From Oceanispirochaeta sp. (GTDB lineage: Bacteria; Spirochaetota; Spirochaetia; DSM-2461), in NCBI GenBank assembly GCA_963666275.2, contig CAXXOA010000002.1, positions 320,001 to 384,000 of the forward strand: a DNA stretch of 64,000 nucleotides, written 5' to 3'. The notes beneath the pieces are model-generated. The model searched no databases. It was not told where the DNA came from and saw only the letters and a list, made by a program, of their open reading frames with translations. Below, piece after piece: positions 8,983 to 18,166 of this stretch. Within the stretch, counting starts at the first letter, position 1. Every line of letters starts with the position of its first letter. The position numbers and the translations under genes were made by a program.

Positions 8983-10929
8983 TTGAAACCTTTTAACTTT
9001 TTACGAATAACAGCTCTTGTCCCTCCGGTAAAACCCGGAGGTGTGGAAAAAAATATCCGGTATATTCTCAATGGACTTGATAAACTCAGTCAGGAGTCTC
9101 CCGATCTGGTGGTTCTGCCAGAACTAAGCCTCTCCGGATATACCTGCGGAGATCTGTTCCGGCAGCGCACACTTCTGGAAAAATCCCTGGAAGCCCTTTC
9201 AACACTGGCAGAGCAGTCCCAGAAGTGGAACTTCCTTGTTATCGCGGGACTTCCTCTTATCTATAACAGCCGCCTCTACAACTGTGCGGCCCTTCTGGGG
9301 GGAGGAAAAGTCATCGGGATTGTCCCGAAGACCTATCTGCCCAACAGCAATGAATTCTATGAACAGAGATGGTTCGCCTCGGGGGCGGACATAAAAGGAA
9401 AAGAGATTCACCTGGGAGGGAACCCTGTACCCTTTGGAACGGACCTGATCTTTCAGGACAGGGAGAACCCTCTGTTCCGCCTGGGAATTGAGATTTGCGA
9501 AGACCTCTGGGGCCCTCTTCCTCCCAGTACCTATCAGGCTCTGGCCGGCGCCCTGATCATCGCCAACCCTTCGGCCAGTAACGAGCTTGTAGGAAAAGCC
9601 GACTACCGGAAAACGGTCACCTCCCAGCAGTCGGCCCGTTGTATCGCCGCCTATGTCTACACATCCTCCGGCCCGGGAGAATCCACCACCGACACAGTTT
9701 ACGGGGGGCATACCCTGATCTGTGAAAACGGACATATCCTCAGGGAGGGAGAACGTTTCTGCCAGGAGGAAACATCGATCACATCCGATGTGGATCTTGA
9801 GTTTCTGGAACATGAGAGGCTGAACTCGCCCTCTTTTTCCCAGACCGCGGAAAAGGAGCAGCAGAACCTGAATTTCCGCTCGATCCTCTTTGACCGCAAA
9901 AAAGTCACAAACCGGAAGGATCTGAAGAAAAACATCAATCCCCGGCCCTTTGTACCGGCGTCTCATCAGGACAGAGAGATCCGCTGCAGGGAAATATTCT
10001 CCATTCAGAGTACCGGACTTGTTTCCCGGCTGAAGCACATAGGCTGCCGGGATGTGGTTCTGGGCCTTTCGGGTGGACTGGATTCCACTCTGGCTCTGCT
10101 TGTAACAGTTGAGGCCTTCAAACGTCTGGGGCTGGACCTTCAGGGACTGCACTGCTACACCATGCCTGGATTCGGAACAACAGGAAGGACAAAAGGAAAC
10201 GCCCGGCTCCTTTGCGAAGAACTCGGCCTCCCCATTGAAACCATAGACATCCGGGATGTCTGCACTCTTCAGATGGGAGAACTGGAACATTCGGGAGAAC
10301 CTTCCGATGTAGCCTATGAAAATGTCCAGGCCCGGCAGAGAACCATGTTTCTTATGAACAAAGCCAACATGATCCGGGGAATTGTCATCGGTACGGGGGA
10401 TCTTTCCGAACTGGCTCTGGGCTGGTGTACCTATAACGGGGACCATATGTCCATGTATGCTGTCAATACGGGCGTTCCCAAAACCCTGGTTCAGTATCTG
10501 GTTCAGTATGTGGCGGATCATCATGAGAACAGAAAGGCTGCAGATATCCTCTACGATATCATCGACACACCGATCTCGCCCGAGCTTCTTCCTCCCGACC
10601 GGCAGGGAAACATTGCCCAGAAAACGGAAGATCTGATAGGCCCCTATGAACTGCATGACTTCTACCTCTATCAGATGATCCGCTGCGGCTTTTCTCCTGA
10701 GAAAACCCTGTTCCTGGCGGAAAATGCCTTCCAGGGGAAATACAGCCCCGAGATCATACAGAAATGGCTGGAACAGTTTATCAGGCGTTTCTTCTCCCAG
10801 CAGTTCAAACGATCCTGTCTGCCCGACGGGCCGAAAGTGGGAACCATTGCGCTGTCTCCCCGGGCTGACTGGCGGATGCCCAGTGATGCGGATATGGAAA
10901 TCTGGCTGAAGAATCTGCCTTCCAAATAA
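8983..10929 (+). CDS. nadE: Glutamine-dependent NAD+ synthetase
   Basis: Nitrilase domain (PELSLSGY, PKTYLP, EICEDLW) plus synthetase domain (LGLSGGLDST, ENVQAR, QQFKR); TTG at 8983 follows SD AGGGAG (ORF track starts at 8923). Confidence 0.96.
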   Translation: MKPFNFLRITALVPPVKPGGVEKNIRYILNGLDKLSQESPDLVVLPELSLSGYTCGDLFRQRTLLEKSLEALSTLAEQSQKWNFLVIAGLPLIYNSRLYNCAALLGGGKVIGIVPKTYLPNSNEFYEQRWFASGADIKGKEIHLGGNPVPFGTDLIFQDRENPLFRLGIEICEDLWGPLPPSTYQALAGALIIANPSASNELVGKADYRKTVTSQQSARCIAAYVYTSSGPGESTTDTVYGGHTLICENGHILREGERFCQEETSITSDVDLEFLEHERLNSPSFSQTAEKEQQNLNFRSILFDRKKVTNRKDLKKNINPRPFVPASHQDREIRCREIFSIQSTGLVSRLKHIGCRDVVLGLSGGLDSTLALLVTVEAFKRLGLDLQGLHCYTMPGFGTTGRTKGNARLLCEELGLPIETIDIRDVCTLQMGELEHSGEPSDVAYENVQARQRTMFLMNKANMIRGIVIGTGDLSELALGWCTYNGDHMSMYAVNTGVPKTLVQYLVQYVADHHENRKAADILYDIIDTPISPELLPPDRQGNIAQKTEDLIGPYELHDFYLYQMIRCGFSPEKTLFLAENAFQGKYSPEIIQKWLEQFIRRFFSQQFKRSCLPDGPKVGTIALSPRADWRMPSDADMEIWLKNLPSK

Positions 10930-11095
10930 GAAGATGCTAACCTATACTTAGGAGAAGACCGTAAATTTTACCGGTTGGGAAAAACAATTTCCCGGCCTGA
11001 AGATACCGGCTGATGCGTTGCATCCCAGGCCATTTTCATTGTGCCGCCGTGTCTCATCCAAGAGATTCCGGAGGACTTAAATACAGGAGATTCAA

Positions 11096-12550
11096 GTGAA
11101 AGAGACTGCAGATATTGGATTGATCGGTTTAGCCGTAATGGGGCAGAACCTGGTTCTGAATATGAACGACCATGGTTTTACTGTAGCTGTTTACAATAGA
11201 ACCACCTCTGTGACACAGCAGTTCAAAGAAGGTCCGGCAAAAGGGCGGGATACCATTCTGGGAACAGAGACTGTCGAAGAGTTCATTGGCTCACTCAAAC
11301 GTCCCCGGAAAGTCATGATCATGGTCAAAGCCGGGAAAGTCGTGGACATGGTAATTGAACAGCTGCTGCCCTACCTTGAAACAGGCGACATTATCATAGA
11401 CGGGGGAAACTCCCACTACCCGGATACCACAAGACGGGTGGAGGCCCTGGCGGAAAAGGGAATCCTCTTTGTGGGAAGCGGCGTATCAGGCGGAGAAGAG
11501 GGAGCCAGAAAAGGCCCTTCTCTCATGCCCGGTGGAAATCCTGCGGCCTGGGAATCGGTCAAACCGATCCTGCAGTCCATTGCAGCCCATGTTGACGGAG
11601 AACCCTGCTGCGACTGGGTCGGAGAACAGGGAGCCGGTCACTTTGTGAAAATGGTTCACAACGGAATCGAGTACGGGGACATGCAGCTTATCGGAGAGGT
11701 CTGGCACCTTATGAAAGACGGGGCGGGCCTCAACTACGATGAGACCAGCGCTCTTTTCAAAAAATGGAACACCGGGGCTCTGGACAGTTATCTTATTGAA
11801 ATAACAGGAGACATCCTTGCTTTTCGGGATGAGAAGGGAGAGCCTCTTGTTGAAAAGATTAAAGATACAGCCGGACAGAAAGGTACGGGAAAGTGGACCG
11901 GTATTGCCGCACTGGATGCGGGTATCCCCCTGACCCTGATTGCTGAAGCGGTATTCAGCCGCTGTCTGTCTGCCATAAAAGATGAAAGGCTCCTGGCCGA
12001 AAAGGCCTATCCTTCGGCAAAACCAGCGCCTCCTTCCGAAAAAGGAGCCTTCCTGAAGGATCTGGAAAAAGCTCTTCTGGCCTCCAAGATTATATCCTAT
12101 GCCCAGGGATTCATGCTTATGAAACAGGCGGCCGATGAAAACGGCTGGAATCTGAATTACGGCGGGATCGCTCTGATGTGGAGGGGAGGATGTATCATCC
12201 GCAGTACCTTCCTGGGAGAGATTAAAAAGGCCTATGATAAAAACCCGGCGCTGAAGAACCTGCTCCTGGACAGTTACTTTCAGAACATTATCAAAGAGAG
12301 CGAAGCCGCCTGGAGACGGGTGGTTATGAAGGCTGTGGAATGGGGCATTCCCGCTCCCGCCATGTCTTCGGCTCTGGCTTTTTTCGACGGATATAAAAGC
12401 GGCAGGCTTCCGGCCTCTCTGCTTCAGGCTCAGAGAGATTACTTCGGAGCCCATACCTATGAAAGGCTGGATAAACCGGCGGGAGAATTTTTCCATACCG
12501 ACTGGACCGGTCAGGGCGGTTCTGTCTCAGCCTCTACCTATACGGTCTAG
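11096..12550 (+). CDS. gnd: 6-phosphogluconate dehydrogenase (NADP, decarboxylating)
   Basis: GLIGLAVMGQN, GHFVKMVHNGIEYGDMQ, QKGTGKWT, QRDYFGAHTY. Confidence 0.98.
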   Translation: MKETADIGLIGLAVMGQNLVLNMNDHGFTVAVYNRTTSVTQQFKEGPAKGRDTILGTETVEEFIGSLKRPRKVMIMVKAGKVVDMVIEQLLPYLETGDIIIDGGNSHYPDTTRRVEALAEKGILFVGSGVSGGEEGARKGPSLMPGGNPAAWESVKPILQSIAAHVDGEPCCDWVGEQGAGHFVKMVHNGIEYGDMQLIGEVWHLMKDGAGLNYDETSALFKKWNTGALDSYLIEITGDILAFRDEKGEPLVEKIKDTAGQKGTGKWTGIAALDAGIPLTLIAEAVFSRCLSAIKDERLLAEKAYPSAKPAPPSEKGAFLKDLEKALLASKIISYAQGFMLMKQAADENGWNLNYGGIALMWRGGCIIRSTFLGEIKKAYDKNPALKNLLLDSYFQNIIKESEAAWRRVVMKAVEWGIPAPAMSSALAFFDGYKSGRLPASLLQAQRDYFGAHTYERLDKPAGEFFHTDWTGQGGSVSASTYTV

Positions 12551-12643
12551 AGGCGAAAAACAGGAAAAACCGGGAGGGAAAGATCTGTTTTAACTCTGCT
12601 CCCGGTTTGACTTAGCACTTGCCCGCAGGGTATACTAACTGCT

Positions 12644-13144
12644 ATGGAAAAAACCAAGGAAACCCTTTTTAAAGCGGACCAGGAAGTGGTCTACCCCACG
12701 CAGGGGGTAGGTAAAGTTTTAAAAATAGAAGAAAAAGAGTTCAAAGGGCAGAAAGTCCTTTACTACGTTATTTATCTGGAAGTTTCAGATATGACCGTTA
12801 TGATCCCCACCTCAAAAGCTGAGGAACTGGGATTAAGAGCGATTGTTTCAGCCGATGAGTCCAAAAAAGCTCTGGAGCTGATCACCAAAGAGTACGAGCC
12901 TGTTCCCACAGACTGGAAAATGCGCTACCAGATGAATGTGGACCTTCTTAAAAAAGGTTCTGTTCTGGATATCGCCACTGTTGTAACCACCCTTTATCAC
13001 AGAAGCAAGATCAAAGAGCTGCCGATTCTGGAAAGAAAACTCTATGACAATGCTCTGAAACTTCTGATTGATGAGATTTCGTTCTCTCTGGGAAAAAGCA
13101 AGGACGATGTTGAACAGCTGATTTTCAGCAAACTAGAAGCATAA
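12644..13144 (+). CDS. carD: CarD family RNA polymerase-binding regulator
   Basis: VVYPTQGVGKV N-terminus, MTVMIP, DWKMRY; typical carD-ispD-ispF order. Confidence 0.9.
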   Translation: MEKTKETLFKADQEVVYPTQGVGKVLKIEEKEFKGQKVLYYVIYLEVSDMTVMIPTSKAEELGLRAIVSADESKKALELITKEYEPVPTDWKMRYQMNVDLLKKGSVLDIATVVTTLYHRSKIKELPILERKLYDNALKLLIDEISFSLGKSKDDVEQLIFSKLEA

Positions 13145-13148
13145 GCAG

Positions 13149-13805
13149 ATGATCAAAGCAGCCATTATTACCGCAGCCGGCCTCAGCAGCCGAATGCAGG
13201 GTAAAGGCAAAAAGGAACTGCATAGATTAAAGGGAAGAACCGTACTGGAACAGTCAGTTCTTCCTTTTGTTCTTTCTGAAGAGTTTAACTTTATTGTTGT
13301 CACCTATCCTGCAGGAAAAGAAGAAGATCTCAGAAAAGCCCTGCATCATATAAATTTTCCCATTTTTTATGTCGAAGGGGGGCAGACCCGTCAGGAATCT
13401 GTAAGGAACTCCCTGCTGGAGCTGGAAAAGAACAATACGGATATTGTCCTGATCCATGACGGAGCCAGACCTCATATCTCGGAAGCCCTGATTCAGAGAG
13501 TCCTGAAAAAAACCATTGAGCAGGGCAACGGAACCCCTGTTGTTCCCTCGACCAGTGCGATGAAACTCCTTTCACCTTCTGGAGATATTGAATCTCACCT
13601 GACAAGGAACCGCACCTTCAGTGCCCAGACACCTCAGGGATTCTCTTTCCCGGAAATCCTGGACGCCCATAACAGGGCCGATGAAGACAAGGGCAGCTAT
13701 ATCGATGATTCTGAGATCTGGAGCGTTTACGTCGGACCGGCCCATACCGTAGAGGGAGATCCTGACAATATAAAAATCACATACCCAGGGGATCTCCGCA
13801 AATAA
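13149..13805 (+). CDS. ispD: 2-C-methyl-D-erythritol 4-phosphate cytidylyltransferase
   Basis: AAGLSSRM, GGQTRQESV, VLIHDGARP, AQTPQGF, NIKITYP. Confidence 0.95.
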   Translation: MIKAAIITAAGLSSRMQGKGKKELHRLKGRTVLEQSVLPFVLSEEFNFIVVTYPAGKEEDLRKALHHINFPIFYVEGGQTRQESVRNSLLELEKNNTDIVLIHDGARPHISEALIQRVLKKTIEQGNGTPVVPSTSAMKLLSPSGDIESHLTRNRTFSAQTPQGFSFPEILDAHNRADEDKGSYIDDSEIWSVYVGPAHTVEGDPDNIKITYPGDLRK

Positions 13806-14284
13806 TGAGAATAGGACAGGGATATGACATCCACCGCCTGACAGAAGGAAGACCTCTCATCCTGGGCGGAGTGACAATCCCCTTTGAAAAGGGAGAGGAC
13901 GGTCACTCCGACGGAGATGTTCTGATTCACGCGGTTATAGACGCTCTTCTGGGCGCCCTTGCCCAGGGAGATATCGGAACCCACTACCCCCCTTCGGATT
14001 CCCGATGGAAGGGCGTTTCCAGCCGAAAACTGCTGAAGGAAACCATGGAAAGGGTCAGCGGCAGCGGCTACAGCGTGGGAAACCTGGACTGCACCGTTAT
14101 TATGGAAAAGCCCAAACTCCTTCCCTATAGAGAGGCGATCAGACGCACCCTTGCCGAGGATATGGGCATCCCTTTAGAGGATATCTCTTTTAAAGCCAAA
14201 ACAAAGGAAAAACAGGATTCTGTCGGTCAGGGACTGGCCGTGGAGGCCATGGCGGCAGTCCTCCTGAAACGGAAGGATGCCTGA
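13805..14284 (+). CDS. ispF: MEcPP synthase
   Basis: RIGQGYDIH, GHSDGDVLIHA, GDIGTHYP. Confidence 0.97.
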   Translation: MRIGQGYDIHRLTEGRPLILGGVTIPFEKGEDGHSDGDVLIHAVIDALLGALAQGDIGTHYPPSDSRWKGVSSRKLLKETMERVSGSGYSVGNLDCTVIMEKPKLLPYREAIRRTLAEDMGIPLEDISFKAKTKEKQDSVGQGLAVEAMAAVLLKRKDA

Positions 14285-14927
14285 CTGGCCGGCAATCTTT
14301 GCAGAGCTCAATAAACTCAAAGAATCGGTAGACCTACCGTCGGTCTCCCTGATCGGAGAAGAAAACCGGGATCCCTACAGGATTCTGGTGTCGACTGTCA
14401 TTTCATTAAGAACAAAAGACGATGTCACCCTGAAATCCTCCAGAAAACTCTTTGAAGCAGCTCCGGACCTGGCCTCCCTGGATACCATGAATGAAGAGGA
14501 GATTGCCGAAAGGATCTACCCGGCAGGGTTTTACAGGGTGAAAGCCGCCAATCTGAAAAAAATTGCCGCCACTCTCCTGAGCGAAAACAGAGGAGAGATT
14601 CCTTCGGATCTGAATTCTCTTTTGAAACTTCCCGGAGTGGGACTGAAAACTGCGAACCTGGTTCTGAGCCTGGGATTCGGGATACCGGCCATATGCGTGG
14701 ATACCCACGTCCACAGGATTGCCAACCGAATGGGATGGATTTCCACAAAGAAGCCGGATGATTCTGTCCCAGCCCTGGAGGGAGTCCTTCCCCGGGAATA
14801 CTGGATCCCCGTCAACGAACTGCTTGTGCTCTATGGCCAGCAGATCTGCACTCCCCAGTCTCCCCGCTGTTCCCTCTGCCCCCTTACCACTCATTGCCGG
14901 AGGGTGGGGGTGGAAAAATCCCGCTGA
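14277..14927 (+). CDS. nth: Endonuclease III
   Basis: HhH motif LPGVGLKTA, VDTHVHR, C-terminal C-x6-C-x2-C-x5-C Fe-S cluster. Confidence 0.94.
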   Translation: MPDWPAIFAELNKLKESVDLPSVSLIGEENRDPYRILVSTVISLRTKDDVTLKSSRKLFEAAPDLASLDTMNEEEIAERIYPAGFYRVKAANLKKIAATLLSENRGEIPSDLNSLLKLPGVGLKTANLVLSLGFGIPAICVDTHVHRIANRMGWISTKKPDDSVPALEGVLPREYWIPVNELLVLYGQQICTPQSPRCSLCPLTTHCRRVGVEKSR

Positions 14928-14934
14928 GCCGTTT

Positions 14935-16536
14935 TTAATCTGTCAGTTCAATGGGGAGTTTCTTTCTATCGAACCGTTCTGTTTTCAAAGGATTCCCTCT
15001 GTCGTCATACTCCCAGACAGCCATGGCGGCGCCATCCCGGTTTTCCACGATCTGTTCATCAATACCGTAATAGGACTCAGACAGAATATTCCCGTATTTA
15101 TCATACTCCCACTGATAGATCGCCACCCCTTCGGGATTGGCTTTGTACTGACCGTAAAGACCGTACTGGCTCTGCTTGACCGCATTGCCTTCCTCATCGT
15201 ATTCCCAGCGGTAGGACGCGATGCCCTCTTTGTTCTCCACAGGTTTCTCCCTGTCATCCAGGTGTACTTCCGAAACCTTGTTGCCCTTGTCATCATAATC
15301 CCAGCGGTACAGAGCCACCCCGGTATTGTCTGAGATCAGTTCATCATAGTTGGAGTAGCTTCTCGATTCCACCATATTGCCCGCATCATCAAATTCATAC
15401 CGGTACATGGCAATCCCCCAGTAATCTTTCTTAAGGGTATTATCCACGTCATAATACTTCTCTTCGGTGATATGGCCCCGTTCGTCAAATACCCAGCGAT
15501 AGGAAGCAAAGCCCTTGTCATCCAGGACCAGCTGCAGATCTGGATCCAGATTTTTCTGTTCAAGCTCGTTCCCCTGGGGATAGTGGATCCAGCGGTACAC
15601 GGCGACCCCTTTGCTGTCGGGCACCAGGTTTCCCATAGCATCGTAGTGCTCTTCCCTTATCCTGTTGCCGAACTCATCATAGAACCAGCGGTACCGGGCC
15701 ACGTTGTTCAGATCCGAAGCGACCTCCCCGTTCACATCGAAATTCACTTTCCCCAGCCTGTTTCCTCTGTCATCCCAGCTGTAGGAGCAGGAGGAGATCC
15801 CCTGAGAGTTCAGAACAGGTTCTTCAAAGCTGTTGAGCCAGCTCTCCCGAATCAGATTCCCTTTTTCGTCCCACTCCCTGTGTACAGCTGCTGCGCCGTC
15901 TTCTCCTTCGACGGGTAGTCCCCGTTCATCCAGCTGCAGAACCAGACTCAGATTCCCGTTGCTGTCATAGAGATACTTATATTCATAGACCCCGTGGCCG
16001 TTGCTGACCCGGTTCCCCTTGGTATCAAAGAAGAGGGCGGAAACCTTTCTGTTGTTTTTATCCACGTCCCACATAACCGAAGCGACCCCGTCCCTGTCGG
16101 CTTTGAGGTTTCCATAGCGGTCATAATGAAACGAAGCGGTAACCGCTCCGGCGGGATTCTGTTTCATCCGGACCGAGTAGATACCCTGTTCATCGGGGAT
16201 CTCTCTTCCCCTGGAATCCAGATAAACCCGGCGGACATAGGAGCCGTTGTACTGAAACTGAATAACAGGCACTCCGAGAAGCGGGTCCGCCAGGGAGGTC
16301 CCGCTGCGGAGGTACTCGATCCGGCTGATCCTGCCGTCGGATGTTTTAGATATCTTATAGGAGTTAACCTTCTGGGCCGTCTCCTCAGTCAGGGGATAGA
16401 CTCCCTGAATCCTTTCACTCTCATCGATCCGGATCTTCCGGAAGTAGGCAATCTCTTCCATCGCCGATAGAGAGGAAAGGGCCACACCCGTAAATACAAG
16501 TATTATAACAATAGTTTTCAATATTCTGCTCATCAA
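14935..16536 (-). CDS. Secreted YD/RHS-like beta-repeat protein
   Basis: Signal peptide followed by about 13 tandem ~30-aa units resembling G(V/I)AxYRWxYDxxGNxxxExxYD. Confidence 0.8.
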   Translation of the reverse strand: MMSRILKTIVIILVFTGVALSSLSAMEEIAYFRKIRIDESERIQGVYPLTEETAQKVNSYKISKTSDGRISRIEYLRSGTSLADPLLGVPVIQFQYNGSYVRRVYLDSRGREIPDEQGIYSVRMKQNPAGAVTASFHYDRYGNLKADRDGVASVMWDVDKNNRKVSALFFDTKGNRVSNGHGVYEYKYLYDSNGNLSLVLQLDERGLPVEGEDGAAAVHREWDEKGNLIRESWLNSFEEPVLNSQGISSCSYSWDDRGNRLGKVNFDVNGEVASDLNNVARYRWFYDEFGNRIREEHYDAMGNLVPDSKGVAVYRWIHYPQGNELEQKNLDPDLQLVLDDKGFASYRWVFDERGHITEEKYYDVDNTLKKDYWGIAMYRYEFDDAGNMVESRSYSNYDELISDNTGVALYRWDYDDKGNKVSEVHLDDREKPVENKEGIASYRWEYDEEGNAVKQSQYGLYGQYKANPEGVAIYQWEYDKYGNILSESYYGIDEQIVENRDGAAMAVWEYDDRGNPLKTERFDRKKLPIELTD

Positions 16537-18131
16537 TGACTCCTCGTCTCTATGCCCTGTCTCAGCCGGACCAGCTGGTCTCGTTCCCGGGTTTGAAGCA
16601 GGATCTCCGACATTTCCATAAAATCCTCTTTCCCCTGATTTCTTCTCTTTTTCTCCTGCTGCCGGAGATTGTACTCCCTGTAGAAGAGAAGCTCATCCTG
16701 AACATCATAGGGCTTTTTCACCGAAAAAAAGATCAGAGGCTCCCCTCTTCCAGCCGTTTCAATCTCCACATTGCCAAAGTTCAGCAAAAGCGGGAGAAGT
16801 CCTTTCTGTACGGATGTGACATTCAGAACCAGTCCCAGTTCAGTCTGCTTTCTAATATCTTCCTTACCGAAAGGTTTTCTCTCAATATCCCAGATATAGG
16901 GAAACTTGATCATATAAACATCATTCCACCAGTCCAGAGCAAGCCAGAAAATCCTGAATCCACCCAGAACAAGCAGAACCGATCCTACAGACCTCCAGAT
17001 CATCTGAGCTCCCTGTGGGGAGAAGAACAGAAATCCTGTAATTCCCCCGCAGATCAGAGCAGGAAAGAATACCTGCCCCAGAAGAATCCAGGGACTCTTT
17101 CTGAAAACCCGTTTTTCCCGGATAGTTGTCTCCTCCGCAATGGAACGGTCACCCCTGTAAAGATATTTATCAGAAGAACCGGGAGTAAAGCGCTCTGAGA
17201 TCAGTTCCCGCAGCCCCTCTTTTTCCCGTCCTTTTTCTTCATAAACCCCGCGGGCCTTTAAATCCATAAGCATTTTCTGCAGCTTCCCGGGATTGTCGAC
17301 ACCCTCAAAAACGAGCCCCTTTCCTGCGGTCTGAACTTCCAGATTTCCCACACGGAAGATTTTTGAAAGGAGCCCCCTTGTGGTGATCACAACGGTCTGA
17401 ATCTGGTCCACAGGGATCACCTGCTGGTCCTGCCTGAAGCGGCGGAAATCAAAATACCTCTTCACAACCGCTTTATCGCTGACTTTGTACAGAGTCAGAT
17501 TTCGAAGAAAAATCTGACAGAAGGAGATGAATACTCCTCCCAGGGCGATCAGCGCAAAAAGGGGATTCCGGGCGGCCAGGACCAGGCCGCTCAGAATGAG
17601 AAGCAGGGGGAAAATCAGGGAGAAAGAGAACGCTTTGCGGCTGCTTCTTCCCTTGAAATGAATAAGAGCCCCCTTCTTTTCCTGCCGGGAAGTTAAGGCA
17701 CGCAGGTCTTTCCAGAAATTCCGGGGAACCCCTTTGATCTGTAAATGTTCGGGATTCTCCTCCGGTTTGAATCCCCTGTAAAATCCGGGAGAATCCTTCA
17801 ACAGCCTGCGGAAAGCTTCGGAACGGAGCCTCATCAGGACACACTCCCTGTTGGCGGCGTACGCCTCTCTGTGGATATCCGGACGGGTCAGGTTCTCCAG
17901 GCCCCAGAAATCCCCTTTGAAATAGAGTCTCTGCCCGCAGACAACCTCTCCCGAAAGGAGAACAAACAGGGAATCCGCCGTATCTCCGGGAAAGAGGAAC
18001 CGCGCTCCTTCGGGTATCATCAGGATCTGATAATACCGGCGGATCTGAGAGAACTGCTCTTTCCGGAACCCCCTGAAAAGCGGGTGTCTTGAAAGTTCCT
18101 TATGTAAATATGAAATTCCTTCTGGTTCCAC
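16533..18131 (-). CDS. Membrane protein with an N-terminal cNMP-binding domain and two bacterial PH (bPH_2) domains (GTG start)
   Basis: HPLFRGF..PGDTADSLFVLLSG..GDFWG; two TM-hairpin units ending in GNLEVQTAG and FGNVEIETAG. Confidence 0.75.
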   Translation of the reverse strand: MEPEGISYLHKELSRHPLFRGFRKEQFSQIRRYYQILMIPEGARFLFPGDTADSLFVLLSGEVVCGQRLYFKGDFWGLENLTRPDIHREAYAANRECVLMRLRSEAFRRLLKDSPGFYRGFKPEENPEHLQIKGVPRNFWKDLRALTSRQEKKGALIHFKGRSSRKAFSFSLIFPLLLILSGLVLAARNPLFALIALGGVFISFCQIFLRNLTLYKVSDKAVVKRYFDFRRFRQDQQVIPVDQIQTVVITTRGLLSKIFRVGNLEVQTAGKGLVFEGVDNPGKLQKMLMDLKARGVYEEKGREKEGLRELISERFTPGSSDKYLYRGDRSIAEETTIREKRVFRKSPWILLGQVFFPALICGGITGFLFFSPQGAQMIWRSVGSVLLVLGGFRIFWLALDWWNDVYMIKFPYIWDIERKPFGKEDIRKQTELGLVLNVTSVQKGLLPLLLNFGNVEIETAGRGEPLIFFSVKKPYDVQDELLFYREYNLRQQEKKRRNQGKEDFMEMSEILLQTRERDQLVRLRQGIETRSH

Positions 18132-18138
18132 TCTTCTA

Positions 18139-18166
18139 CTATCGGCGTTTCAGTCGGCCTGATTTA
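18139..18166 (-). promoter_or_regulatory. sigma28-type promoter
   Basis: Minus strand TAAA-N16-GCCGATAG, 7 nt before the GTG at 18131. Confidence 0.65.

Noticed and set aside
9199..10656. 485-aa minus-strand ORF, and similar long shadow ORFs (11486-12496, 25801-26859, 49380-50318, 52238-53389, 58800-59669)
   Set aside because: Each lies antisense to a well-supported gene and has no motifs; typical of codon-bias shadows
12612..12638. CIRCE-like TTAGCACTT-N9-GTATACTAA upstream of carD
   Set aside because: Four mismatches to CIRCE, and the right arm is explained by the -10 box TATACT
14935..16536. RHS polymorphic toxin
   Set aside because: No PxxxxDPxG core end, no toxin tip, no immunity gene, and it has a Sec signal peptide
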